Source: Veillonellales bacterium (GTDB lineage Bacteria > Bacillota > Negativicutes > JAAYSF01). From it: a stretch of DNA of 64,000 bases. The stretch lies in assembly GCA_039680175.1 (NCBI GenBank), contig JBDKTO010000117.1, forward strand, positions 47,278 to 111,277, written 5' to 3'. Below are positions 18,727 to 28,544 of the stretch, in pieces (the stretch's first letter is position 1; the number at the start of each line of letters is the position of its first letter). The notes under the pieces are model-generated. The model did not search any database and had not been told where the DNA came from. It was given only the letters and a program-made list of their open reading frames with translations. A program made the position numbers and the translations under genes.

Positions 18727-18909
18727 TGGGGGGCGGCTTTTGAACCGCCCTACCATCTATAGTGAAGCAATCTTAGGAACAATACAGAGTATCATGAAAA
18801 AGAATGCGGGAGGCTCTACAGATCGCCGCGTCGCTATCGCTCCTCGCGATGACAAAATTGTTGAAAAATCATTAGTTCGTTAGTTATAGCGGCGGAAGGA
18901 TGATAGGAT

Positions 18910-19734
18910 ATGAAAATTTTGGTAACCGGTGCTAATGGCCAGCTGGGCCGGGAAGTGGCACGGCAGGGAAAGGAATATGAGCTGATACTGACGGATGCGG
19001 ATACACTCGACATTACCGATGGAGCGGCAGTGAAAAGGTGTATGCGGGACAGTAAGCCGGACGCGGTGATTCATTGTGCGGCCTATACCAATGTGGACAA
19101 GGCGGAGACGGATGAAGACGGCGCTTTCCGGGTGAATGTTGTCGGTGCTCGGAATCTGGCGGCCGGTTGTTTGGCTACCGGAGCGCGGATGGTGTATGTG
19201 AGTACCGACTATGTGTTTGACGGGGCGGGAAATCGGGCCTACCGTGAATTCGATGCGGTTAATCCACAGACGGTATATGGCCGGACGAAATGGCAGGGAG
19301 AAGAGATGGTGCGGCATTTGCTGGGGCAGCATTATATTGTCAGGACCGCTTGGCTGTATGGTGAGGGAAATAATTTTGTCGCCACGATGCTGAGACTGGC
19401 AAATGAGCAGGATGCGCTGCGTGTTGTGGCGGATCAGATTGGGTCGCCCACATCTACCGTGGATTTGGCGAGGGTGATTTTTAAATTGCTGTCGACAGAC
19501 GGTTATGGGACATATCATGCCACTTGTCAGGGGCATTGTTCCTGGTATGATTTTGCCTGTGAAATCTTCCGGCAGGCAGGGAAAAAGGTCAAAGTCGAAC
19601 CGGTAACGACAGCGGAATTTCCCCGTCCGGCCAAGCGACCGGCTTATTCCGTACTGGACAATTACATGCTCCGAATGACGGTGGGTGATCCGGTCAGGGG
19701 ATGGCAGGAGGCGCTCCGGGCTTATTTGAAGTGA
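18910..19734 (+). CDS. rfbD: dTDP-4-dehydrorhamnose reductase
   Basis: MKILVTGANGQLG Rossmann N-terminus with the RmlD-like length (274 aa) and YxxxK region. Confidence 0.85.
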   Translation: MKILVTGANGQLGREVARQGKEYELILTDADTLDITDGAAVKRCMRDSKPDAVIHCAAYTNVDKAETDEDGAFRVNVVGARNLAAGCLATGARMVYVSTDYVFDGAGNRAYREFDAVNPQTVYGRTKWQGEEMVRHLLGQHYIVRTAWLYGEGNNFVATMLRLANEQDALRVVADQIGSPTSTVDLARVIFKLLSTDGYGTYHATCQGHCSWYDFACEIFRQAGKKVKVEPVTTAEFPRPAKRPAYSVLDNYMLRMTVGDPVRGWQEALRAYLK

Positions 19735-19767
19735 AGCTGGCAGGAGACGACGGAGGTTAAAAGTATA

Positions 19768-20850
19768 ATGCAGAGGGAGAGAAAAAATCGTATGCAAACT
19801 ATTCTTGTTACCGGCGGAGCCGGGTTTATCGGCAGCAATTTTATTCATATTGCCTTACAGGAGCCGGCTATTCGTATTCTGAATCTGGACAAGCTTACAT
19901 ATGCGGGAAATTTGGATTCACTCACAGCTGTGGAACATGATCCCCGCTATACTTTTATTCAGGGGGATATTTGTGATCAAACATTAGTAGAGAATCTTTT
20001 TGCCAAATATCAGCCGGATGCTATCGTTCATTTTGCTGCCGAGTCTCATGTGGATCGATCGATTGACGGGCCGGCAGCTTTTATTCGGACGAATATTAAC
20101 GGGACGTTTTCGCTGCTGGAAGCAGCCAAAAGCTATTGGCGGGATTTGACGGCGAAGAAAAAAGACAAGTTTCGCTTTTTGCATGTTTCTACCGATGAAG
20201 TGTACGGCTCCTTAGGAGAGACCGGCTTTTTTACGGAAGAAACGCCTTATGCGCCGAATTCTCCCTATTCCGCTTCTAAGGCTTCATCGGATCATCTGGT
20301 GCGGGCTTACTATCATACCTATGGGCTGCCGGTATTGCTGACCAATTGTTCCAATAATTACGGCCCTTACCAGTTCCCGGAGAAGCTGATTCCCTTGATG
20401 ATTCTCAACGCGCTGGAGGGAAAGCCGCTGCCTGTTTACGGCAATGGGCAGAATGTGCGGGACTGGCTGTATGTGGAGGATCATTGCCGGGCTATTCTTA
20501 GGGTTTTGGCAGCGGGGAAAGCGGGAGAGAAGTATAATATCGGCGGACATAATGAAAAAAAGAATCTGGATATTGTCCATGGGTTGTGTGATATATTGGA
20601 TGAGAAGCAGCCTCGCAGTGACGGAAAGTCTTACCGGGAGCAGATTGCTTATGTGAAGGATCGTCCCGGGCATGATCTGCGGTATGCGATCGATGCGTCG
20701 AAGATCCGGCGTGAGTTGGGCTGGGTGCCGGCGGAGACATTTGCGACCGGGATTGTGAAGACGGTGGAGTGGTATTTGGCTAATCGGGAATGGTGTCGGC
20801 GGGTGACGGACGGGAGCTACCGGCGGGAACGGCTGGGGGTTGATGCGTAG
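19768..20850 (+). CDS. rfbB: dTDP-glucose 4,6-dehydratase
   Basis: [14 protein letters not shown] and a [15 protein letters not shown] catalytic region. 360 aa (perhaps starting at the internal MQTIL). Confidence 0.9.
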   Translation: MQRERKNRMQTILVTGGAGFIGSNFIHIALQEPAIRILNLDKLTYAGNLDSLTAVEHDPRYTFIQGDICDQTLVENLFAKYQPDAIVHFAAESHVDRSIDGPAAFIRTNINGTFSLLEAAKSYWRDLTAKKKDKFRFLHVSTDEVYGSLGETGFFTEETPYAPNSPYSASKASSDHLVRAYYHTYGLPVLLTNCSNNYGPYQFPEKLIPLMILNALEGKPLPVYGNGQNVRDWLYVEDHCRAILRVLAAGKAGEKYNIGGHNEKKNLDIVHGLCDILDEKQPRSDGKSYREQIAYVKDRPGHDLRYAIDASKIRRELGWVPAETFATGIVKTVEWYLANREWCRRVTDGSYRRERLGVDA

Positions 20851-20852
20851 TT

Positions 20853-21605
20853 ATGCTTTATTTTTTAAAATTTGCCGCCAGCTTTTTGTTGCCGCCGGGT
20901 ATTTTTATTTTAATGCTGCTGCTGGTCGTTTTCTTGCTTAAAAAACGCCGGGGGTATGTACATAAAGGGCTGTGCTTGATTATTGTTCTTTTTTATATTT
21001 TTTCCACCGGCTATGTGGGAGATTGTTTGCTCCAGACACTGGAGGCAAGGCATGTGCCGCCGGCAGAGGTTTCCGGTGACGTGATCATCATGCTGGGCGG
21101 CGGGGCTACTTTGGATACGCCGGATATAGACGGGCCGGGGCATTTGTCCGGCAGTGCGGCCAATCGGCTGCTGACGGCCGCCAGGCTGCAGCGCAGGCTG
21201 GGGGTGCCGGTTATTGTATCCGGTGGTCAGGTGTTTGAGGATTCCGGCCGGGAAGCGGTTATTGCCCGGCGGATTTTACTGGGACTGGGGATACCGGAAG
21301 AACAGATCCTGGTGGAGGATACCAGCCTGAACACTACCCAGAATGCGGTGAATGTAAAGAAAATTCTGGGCGAAAGGGGATTCCGGCAGCCGATTCTGGT
21401 GACGTCGGCGTTTCATATGGAACGGTCGATATTGAATTTTGCCAAACAAGGGGTAAGGGCAGAGGCTTATCCGGCGGATTATCTGGTCAGTACAACCCCC
21501 GGGCTGTATGCGAATAATTTTGTTCCGTCGGCGGACGGACTGCGGAGTTCGGCGATTTTTTTCCGGGAATGGCTGGGAATCTGGGCGCTGCGGGTGAGAC
21601 AATAG
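20853..21605 (+). CDS. YdcF/SanA-like DUF218 family membrane-associated protein
   Basis: N-terminal TM segment plus a DUF218-like core (PVIVSGG...ILVTSAFHMERS). 250 aa. Confidence 0.6.
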   Translation: MLYFLKFAASFLLPPGIFILMLLLVVFLLKKRRGYVHKGLCLIIVLFYIFSTGYVGDCLLQTLEARHVPPAEVSGDVIIMLGGGATLDTPDIDGPGHLSGSAANRLLTAARLQRRLGVPVIVSGGQVFEDSGREAVIARRILLGLGIPEEQILVEDTSLNTTQNAVNVKKILGERGFRQPILVTSAFHMERSILNFAKQGVRAEAYPADYLVSTTPGLYANNFVPSADGLRSSAIFFREWLGIWALRVRQ

Positions 21606-21610
21606 GCGCA

Positions 21611-21644
21611 AAAAGCAGGGGGGACGTACATTTTGCTTTTTAGT
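21611..21644 (+). terminator. Conserved hairpin aaagcaGGGGGGACGTACATTTTGCTTTTT (family member), 3' of the rml-DUF218 operon
   Basis: Stem aaagca/tgcttt with the conserved loop and a T-run. Plausible intrinsic terminator. Confidence 0.5.
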
Positions 21645-21889
21645 CGCTTAATGTGCCCGGCGTCAGGTTAAATGAAGGGATAATTTACGGTTAGGCACAG
21701 CGGGAGAAGCTGTTCTTTTTATTTTGACTGAACAGGAAATATTTATTAAATAGAGAATTTCTATAAGTATAATCTGCTAAAATTTTCTTGCGTTGTCATT
21801 GTAAGGCTGAGAAAGTAATTTTAGGCGTACAGGTTTTTCTTTCTTGCTAATGACAGCAGCCACTTCAATGAAAAGGAGCTGCGAATTGA

Positions 21890-23272
21890 ATGAAGGTAAT
21901 TATTTTGGCCGGCGGCGGCGGAACCCGGTTATTCCCATTGTCCAGGGCGTGCTTTCCCAAGCAGTTTCTGCAGATTGACCAGGGAAAATCTCTGCTGGTT
22001 CAGACAGTGGAACGGTTTAAGCTCCTGGTAAAAGCGGCTGATCTGGTGATTGTGACTAATCAGGCGTATTTTCATCATGTAAAGACCGAGCTGGCAGCCT
22101 GTGGGGCGGCAGAGGCTCATATCCTGCTGGAACCGGTGGGGCGGAATACGGCTCCGGCCATTGCGCTGGCAGCCCGGTATTGCCTGGATGAGCTGGGGGC
22201 GGGCCGTGACGAAGTGTTGTTTGTGACGCCTTCCGATCATATTATCAAGCCGGTGGAATCTTTTGTCCGGTCGGTACGTCAGGCGGCGGCTCTGGCAGTT
22301 CGGGACAAGGTGGTAACTTTCGGCATTCAGCCGGATAAACCGGAGACGGGATATGGCTATATTCAGGCCGGTAAGGCTATAGAAATCGGTTATGAGGTCG
22401 AATCTTTTAAGGAAAAACCGGATCAGGCGACGGCAGAGGAGTACCTGGCAGCAGGAAATTATTATTGGAACTCAGGCATGTTTGCGTTTACGGTTGGCTG
22501 TGTTATGGAGGAGCTTCAATCGTATCAGCCTGAGATTTATCAGTTAGCCATGGCGCCCCTGGCGGATGTTTTGGCACATTTTTCCGAGATGCCTACTATC
22601 TCTATCGATTATGCGGTGGCGGAAAAATCCAGGCGGACGGCGATTATTCCTTTCGCCGCTTATTGGAATGATATTGGGTCCTGGGATGCCATTTATGAAG
22701 TGCTGGGAAAGGATGAGGCGGGGAATGCCCTGCAGGGGGACTGTCTCCCCATTGATTGCACCAACAGTCTGATGCTGGGCCGCAGCCGGTTGATTGCCGG
22801 TATCGGGCTGGAGGATGTACTCGTTGTGGAGACGGATGATGTTATTCTGGTGGCGAAGAAAGGCGAGTCCCAGAAGGTCAAGGATCTGGTTGGCGAATTA
22901 AAGGCCCGGGGACGGCGGGAGGCCAGTGAGCAGACGACTATGTACCGGCCCTGGGGCAGCTATACGGTGCTGGGAGAAGGGCCGGGCTACAAGATGAAGA
23001 AGATCGTGGTCAATCCCGGCGAGCAGCTGAGTCTGCAACTGCATTATCACCGCAGCGAGCACTGGATTGTCATCGGCGGAACAGCCAAGGTGACCGTAGG
23101 CGACAGGGTGCAGATGGTTCATGAGAATGAGAGTATTTTTGTGCCCCAGACGACTAAGCACCGGCTGGAGAATCCGGGAAAGATTCCTTTGGCGATTATT
23201 GAAGTCCAGAACGGCAGTTATTTAGGGGAAGACGATATTGTCCGGTTTGAAGATATTTATGGCAGAGCCTAA
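21890..23272 (+). CDS. manC: Mannose-1-phosphate guanylyltransferase / mannose-6-phosphate isomerase (bifunctional ManC/CpsB type)
   Basis: N-terminal IILAGGGGTRLFPLSR nucleotidyltransferase motif plus a C-terminal cupin (HYHRSEHWIVIGGTAKVTVGD). 460 aa. Confidence 0.85.
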   Translation: MKVIILAGGGGTRLFPLSRACFPKQFLQIDQGKSLLVQTVERFKLLVKAADLVIVTNQAYFHHVKTELAACGAAEAHILLEPVGRNTAPAIALAARYCLDELGAGRDEVLFVTPSDHIIKPVESFVRSVRQAAALAVRDKVVTFGIQPDKPETGYGYIQAGKAIEIGYEVESFKEKPDQATAEEYLAAGNYYWNSGMFAFTVGCVMEELQSYQPEIYQLAMAPLADVLAHFSEMPTISIDYAVAEKSRRTAIIPFAAYWNDIGSWDAIYEVLGKDEAGNALQGDCLPIDCTNSLMLGRSRLIAGIGLEDVLVVETDDVILVAKKGESQKVKDLVGELKARGRREASEQTTMYRPWGSYTVLGEGPGYKMKKIVVNPGEQLSLQLHYHRSEHWIVIGGTAKVTVGDRVQMVHENESIFVPQTTKHRLENPGKIPLAIIEVQNGSYLGEDDIVRFEDIYGRA

Positions 23273-23306
23273 GGAAGCGGACTAAAAAATCAGGGAAAAA
23301 AGGAGC

Positions 23307-24902
23307 TTGTTTATGAATTTGCGAGTATTAAGTTCGACGGTAGCGTTAGGTCTGATCCTTGCCGCAGTGCCGGCAGTGTATGCTCAGGACAATCCGGGCG
23401 GCGGGGGGGCGAGCCGTGTGCCTTATCAGGATCAGCTATCCGGCAATGTTCCTCTCGACAGCTATGTGTATGATTATCTGGATAAGCTGGACGGTTTGGG
23501 ATATTTGCGCCAGATGCAGACCGGAACGAAGCCTTATACCCGGATGCAGGTGGCAGGCTGGGTTGTTCAGATGGATCGGCTGGCAGCACAAAAACAGGAG
23601 ATGGCGCCTTATGCCAAGTCTTTGCTGCGGGAACTGAAGACAGAATTTAAAAATGAACTGGCGGTTTTGAACGGGACGGCCCGGCCCGGCGGTTTGGCGC
23701 TGCGGGAAATTCAGTTTGAGGAAAATTTTTACCATGGCGGTACTGTTTCACAGAAGCCCTGGACGAAGTCTACCTATCAGCCCCTGAATGTGAATAATGA
23801 CGGCTATAAATATGGCAGGAACGCTAATGAGATGCTGTCCCTGCGGCTGGAAGGCAGTCTGGGAGAGCACTTGATGCTGAGTGTGACGCCGCGGACGGAT
23901 TACAATAGTACGGATGACAGCAAAACTACCGTTGAATCGGGGTATATCAAGACCAATATTAATAATCTGTCGATTCAGATTGGGAAAGACGCCAACAGCT
24001 GGGGCCAGGGGGTTAGGAGCCACCTGACTTATTCCAACAATGCCGAGCCGATGACGTCGATCAGATTGTCTAATATAGAACCAATGAAAATCAAGCATGG
24101 GTATTTCAAATTTTTGCGGGAGTCGAATACTACCTTTACGTATGCGAGGATGGAAGGAAACCGGTCTGATGTGCCGCATCCTTCTTTTGTCGCCTGGCGC
24201 AAGGACTTCACGCCAAGTGACAACTTTACCTTTGCTTTGGAACACGCGTCGATTATCGGGGGCCTGGGTCATGCTTTGAGCGGTTCCGATTATTATCGCT
24301 TGCTAACAGGCAGGAATGCCGGCAACTGTTCATCTCCTAATACCATCGATGAATGGAATACTCAGGCCGGCGGTGATTTCCGCTGGCGGCTGCCTCACCT
24401 GAATGGAATCCAGGTTTACGGTGAGTTTTATGGGGAAGACCGGCACCGGTATATTCTGTATTATCCTTACCGGTTTGCCGAGATCATGGGTGTGTATATT
24501 CCCCGTTTGACTAGGGATGGAAGCTGGGATGCTACTTTGGAAGTGCATCACACTGATCCCTGTTGGTATATGCATGGAACGTATACCGACGGCTGGGTGT
24601 TCAAAGGCAATATTATCGGGGATGCAATTGGCAATCATGCCAAAAGCTATTATGCGAAAGTGACTCACTATCAGGATAACGGTTCCCAGTTGTCTTTTAA
24701 TCTGGAACAGGTGAAGATGGAGTATGAAAGCCCCGAATCGCAAAAATTTAATTCCGCCTGGGCCAATTACCGGACAAAGCTGGATCAGGATATGTTTATG
24801 GATTTGACGGCGGGAGTGTCGCATATTGATAATTTTAACTTTTTGTCCGGGGAGAATAAACGGAACTATAAAGTAGGGCTGGGGATTACGAAACGCTATT
24901 AA
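23307..24902 (+). CDS. Secreted outer-membrane protein, possibly a Wzi-like capsule assembly protein
   Basis: Signal peptide (LGLILAAVPAVYAQ). 531 aa, with aromatic-rich beta-strand-like repeats and a C-terminal ..GLGITKRY. The Wzi assignment is tentative and rests on size, N-terminal helical region and context. Confidence 0.4.
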   Translation: MFMNLRVLSSTVALGLILAAVPAVYAQDNPGGGGASRVPYQDQLSGNVPLDSYVYDYLDKLDGLGYLRQMQTGTKPYTRMQVAGWVVQMDRLAAQKQEMAPYAKSLLRELKTEFKNELAVLNGTARPGGLALREIQFEENFYHGGTVSQKPWTKSTYQPLNVNNDGYKYGRNANEMLSLRLEGSLGEHLMLSVTPRTDYNSTDDSKTTVESGYIKTNINNLSIQIGKDANSWGQGVRSHLTYSNNAEPMTSIRLSNIEPMKIKHGYFKFLRESNTTFTYARMEGNRSDVPHPSFVAWRKDFTPSDNFTFALEHASIIGGLGHALSGSDYYRLLTGRNAGNCSSPNTIDEWNTQAGGDFRWRLPHLNGIQVYGEFYGEDRHRYILYYPYRFAEIMGVYIPRLTRDGSWDATLEVHHTDPCWYMHGTYTDGWVFKGNIIGDAIGNHAKSYYAKVTHYQDNGSQLSFNLEQVKMEYESPESQKFNSAWANYRTKLDQDMFMDLTAGVSHIDNFNFLSGENKRNYKVGLGITKRY

Positions 24903-24949
24903 GCCTGGCTGTGTATCCCGGATTTTTCCATACAGAAAGGTGTGGTCCG

Positions 24950-25909
24950 ATGCAAAAGCAGAAGATTCGTAAGGCGATTATTCCCGCGGCAGGGCTTGGC
25001 ACGAGGTTTCTTCCGGCGACGAAGGCTCAGCCGAAGGAAATGCTGCCGATTGTGGATAAGCCGGCCATTCAGTTTATTATTGAGGAAGCCATTCAGTCGG
25101 GAATTGAGGAGATCTTGATTATTACCGGCCGGAACAAGCGGGCGATTGAGGACCATTTCGACCGGGCCGTGGAACTGGAGCTGACTCTGAAGCAACAGGG
25201 AAAATATGATTTGCTGGGATTGGTGCAGGAGATAGCGGATGTGACCATTCACTATATCCGGCAGAAAGAAGCGAAAGGGCTGGGACATGCTGTGCTTTGC
25301 GCCAGGCAGTTCGTGGGGGATGAGCCTTTTGCCGTACTGCTGGGCGATGATATTGTGGATGCCAAGGTGCCTTGCCTGCGGCAGCTGATGGATGTGTATG
25401 AGGACTGCGGCGGCAGTGTGCTGGGAGTACAGGAGGTTCCTCAGGACAGGGTCAGCAGTTATGGAATTGTGAAGCCCAGACCGGTAAAGGAGAATCTGTG
25501 GCAGGCGGAGGATCTGGTGGAAAAACCGGCGGTGGAGGAAGCTCCTTCCCGGCTGGCGGTTCTGGGCCGCTATATTATTGAGCCGGAGATTTTTCCCCTG
25601 CTGGAAGATACGCCGCCGGGACGGGGCGGGGAGATCCAGTTGACGGACGCACTGAGGCGGCTGGCGGCGGATAGACCGGTGTATGCTTTTTGTTTTGACG
25701 GACGAAGGTATGATATTGGCGATAAGCAGGGGTATCTGGAGGCGACGGTGGAGTATGCGCTGAAGCGGCCGGAGCTCAGGGACAAGTTTTTGCGGTATTT
25801 GCTGAAGACGGTGGGTACGCTGGCCAGTCCGGAGGCGGCAGCGGCGGCGACGGAAGACGGACCGGGGACGCCACCCCCCGTCGCTTCGCGCCACCCCCAC
25901 TCTGTATAA
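24950..25909 (+). CDS. galU: UTP--glucose-1-phosphate uridylyltransferase
   Basis: KAIIPAAGLGTRFLPATKAQPKEMLPIVDKP is the canonical GalU N-terminus. The start is placed at the internal Met with RBS gaaaggtg. The ORF reads through into a downstream repeat element, so the true C-terminus may be shorter. Confidence 0.85.
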   Translation: MQKQKIRKAIIPAAGLGTRFLPATKAQPKEMLPIVDKPAIQFIIEEAIQSGIEEILIITGRNKRAIEDHFDRAVELELTLKQQGKYDLLGLVQEIADVTIHYIRQKEAKGLGHAVLCARQFVGDEPFAVLLGDDIVDAKVPCLRQLMDVYEDCGGSVLGVQEVPQDRVSSYGIVKPRPVKENLWQAEDLVEKPAVEEAPSRLAVLGRYIIEPEIFPLLEDTPPGRGGEIQLTDALRRLAADRPVYAFCFDGRRYDIGDKQGYLEATVEYALKRPELRDKFLRYLLKTVGTLASPEAAAAATEDGPGTPPPVASRHPHSV

Positions 25910-26023
25910 TTCGATTAGCGACACAGAGTATCATGAAAGAGCATCGGGGGAGGCTCCAGAGATCGCCGCGTCGCTATCGCTCCTCGCGATGACAGAATTC
26001 AGTGCTATGCACCAAGTACGACG

Positions 26024-26066
26024 TACCAAGTACCATGAGCTATGAGCTATGAGCTATGAGCTATGC
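26024..26066. repeat. Heptanucleotide tandem repeat (ATGAGCT)n
   Basis: ccatgagctatgagctatgagctatgagctatgcgccatgcgcc. Related arrays lie at ~42949-43008, ~47173-47245 and ~52579-52632. Confidence 0.7.
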
Positions 26067-26120
26067 GCCATGCGCCGAATCTCCGCGTTATCCGAGAGAC
26101 TAATCCATAGGAGGCTGACG

Positions 26121-27107
26121 ATGAATGTATTGATTACCGGGGGGGCCGGGTATATTGGGTCCCATACGGTGCGGGAGTTAATGAAGCGTGCTTCGGTTGT
26201 GGTGTATGACAATCTGTCCAAAGGCCACCGGGAGTCGGTGCCGGCGGGGGTGGACTTTGTTCAGGGAGATATCCGGGACAAGAAGCTGCTGACCGGGGTA
26301 TTGCGGCAGTACGGCATTGAGGCGGTAGTGCATTTCGCCGCCGACAGTCTGGTCGGGGAGTCGATGCGGCAGCCGTCGAAATATTACCATAACAATGTGG
26401 CGGCAACGCTGGAACTGTTGGATGCAATGACGGAATGCGGCGTGAAAAAAGTTGTGTTTTCTTCTACGGCGGCTGTTTACGGCCAGCCGGAGATTTGGCC
26501 GATTAGCGAGGAAACGGCGACGGCGCCGACGAATGTGTATGGCCGGACGAAGCTGGTGATTGAGGGGATGCTGGCCGATTTTGCCATGGCTTACGGCCTC
26601 CGCTATGTGTCTTTGCGCTATTTTAATGCTGCCGGAGCGCTGGCAGGCGGGGCGATCGGGGAAGACCACGAGCCGGAAACTCATTTGATTCCGCTGATTC
26701 TGCAGACGGCCCTGGGGCAGCGGGATGGGATCAGCGTTTTTGGCGCAGACTATGAAACACCGGACGGGACTTGCGTCCGGGACTATGTTCATGTGACGGA
26801 TCTGGCGGCGGCTCATGTGCTGGCGTTGCAGCATCTGGCAGCCGGGGGAGATTCCCGGGTATACAATCTTGGCTCGGAGACGGGATTCAGTGTCCGGCAG
26901 GTGATTGACCGGGCGAAAGCGATTACGGAAGTTGATTTTCCGGTGCGGCAGGCGGCCAGAAGGGACGGCGATCCGGCAGTGCTGGTGGCTTCGGCGGCGA
27001 AGATTCGCCGGGAATTGGGCTGGAAGCCGGTACAGAGCGATCTGTCGTCGATTCTTCGCAGTGCCTGGATTTGGCAGCAGGGACATCCGGCGGGATATAG
27101 CAGGTAA
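26121..27107 (+). CDS. galE: UDP-glucose 4-epimerase
   Basis: MNVLITGGAGYIGSHT start with a YGRTK catalytic motif. ~328 aa from the internal start. Confidence 0.85.
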   Translation: MNVLITGGAGYIGSHTVRELMKRASVVVYDNLSKGHRESVPAGVDFVQGDIRDKKLLTGVLRQYGIEAVVHFAADSLVGESMRQPSKYYHNNVAATLELLDAMTECGVKKVVFSSTAAVYGQPEIWPISEETATAPTNVYGRTKLVIEGMLADFAMAYGLRYVSLRYFNAAGALAGGAIGEDHEPETHLIPLILQTALGQRDGISVFGADYETPDGTCVRDYVHVTDLAAAHVLALQHLAAGGDSRVYNLGSETGFSVRQVIDRAKAITEVDFPVRQAARRDGDPAVLVASAAKIRRELGWKPVQSDLSSILRSAWIWQQGHPAGYSR

Positions 27108-27137
27108 GCTTCATTTGAGATAGGGAGGTCGCAGCAA

Positions 27138-28502
27138 TTGGAAAAGTTTAAGCGGAATGCGTTCAAGGCCTATGATATCCGGGGCAAGGTGCCGGGCGAG
27201 CTGAATGAGGCAATGGCTTACCGGATTGGCCGGGCTTATGTGGAGATTTTCAAGGTAAAGAAGGTGGCTGTGGGACGGGACATCCGGCTGTCCGGTCCGG
27301 TTCTGCGGGATGCTTTGGTTAACGGACTGACGGAGGCCGGCTGTGATGTGGTGGATATCGGCGTCTGCGGTACGGAAATGATCTATTTTACCACGGCTCA
27401 TTTCAAGCTGGACGGGGGCATCATGATTACCGCCAGCCACAATCCCCAGGATTATAACGGCATGAAGCTGGTGCGGGAAGGCTCCCGGCCGATCAGTGCC
27501 GACAGCGGGCTGAAGGAGATCGAGGAACGGGTGGTGACCGGGGAGTTTCCCGCCGGGGCTGCCGGGCAGCCCCGGGGGCAGGTCACAAAACGGGACATTA
27601 TGGATGAGTATATTCAGCATTTGCTGACTTATATCGATATTGACAGTCTGAAGCCTTTCAAAGTGGTGGTGAACGCCGGCAACGGCTGCGCCGGTCCGAT
27701 TTTGGATCAGCTGGAACGGTTTCTGCCTTTTAAATTCATTAAACTCAATCATGAGCCGGACGGGACGTTTCCTCATGGCGTACCCAATCCCCTGCTGGTG
27801 GAAAACCGGGATGCCACGGCGAAGGTGGTGCGGGAGCAGGGAGCGGCTGCGGGAATTGCCTGGGACGGCGATTTTGACCGCTGTTTCCTGTTTGATGAAC
27901 AGGGCGGCTTTATTGAAGGCTATTATCTGGTGGGATTTTTGGCTCAAGCCTTTTTGCGGAGAGCTCCCGGGTCTAAGATTATTCACGATCCCCGGCTGAC
28001 CTGGAATACGATTGAGGTGGTTAAGGCAGCCGGCGGCATTCCGGTGCAGTCGAAGAGCGGCCACTCTTTTATGAAAGAAACGCTGCGGCGGGTGGATGCG
28101 GTATACGGCGGCGAGGTGTCGGCCCATCACTTTTTCCGCGATTTTTCCTAGTGCGACAGCGGCATGATTCCCTGGCTGCTGGTACTGGAGATCATGAGCC
28201 AAGGCGGCAAGCCGCTGTCGGTGCTGATGCAGGAACGGATGGCCTGTTATCCGATCAGCGGGGAAATTAATAGTACGGTGGCCAATCCGCAGGCGATAGT
28301 AGAGCAGATGGAGGAGAAATTTGCCAAGGGTGCGGTTTCCGTGGAGCATATTGACGGACTGAGTGTGGAGTTTGACACCTGGCGGTTCAATGTGCGGCTG
28401 TCCAATACGGAGCCGGTGCTGCGGCTGAATGTGGAGACGAAATGCGATCCAAAATTGCTGCAGCAGAAGACGGAGGAACTATTGGCGTTTATTCGGAGGT
28501 AG
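27138..28502 (+). pseudogene. manB: Phosphomannomutase/phosphoglucomutase (ManB/CpsG-like) interrupted by a single in-frame TAG at 28149..28151
   Basis: Active-site TASHNPQDYNGMK. ..[14 protein letters not shown] is followed in the same frame by [11 protein letters not shown]. In intact PMMs this region reads [16 protein letters not shown], so the TAG replaces a conserved Tyr codon. TTG start. Confidence 0.75.
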
Positions 28503-28544
28503 AAAAGCATTTTGCGGGATTGTTTGCGGGAGGTCAGGCGCTGA

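Noticed and set aside
27138-28502. Interpreting the split manB as two separate genes (337 aa + 112 aa)
   Set aside because: Both parts are in the same frame, separated by a single TAG at a conserved Tyr position. The sequence context reproduces the uninterrupted PMM motif [16 protein letters not shown], so this is one gene with an in-frame stop.
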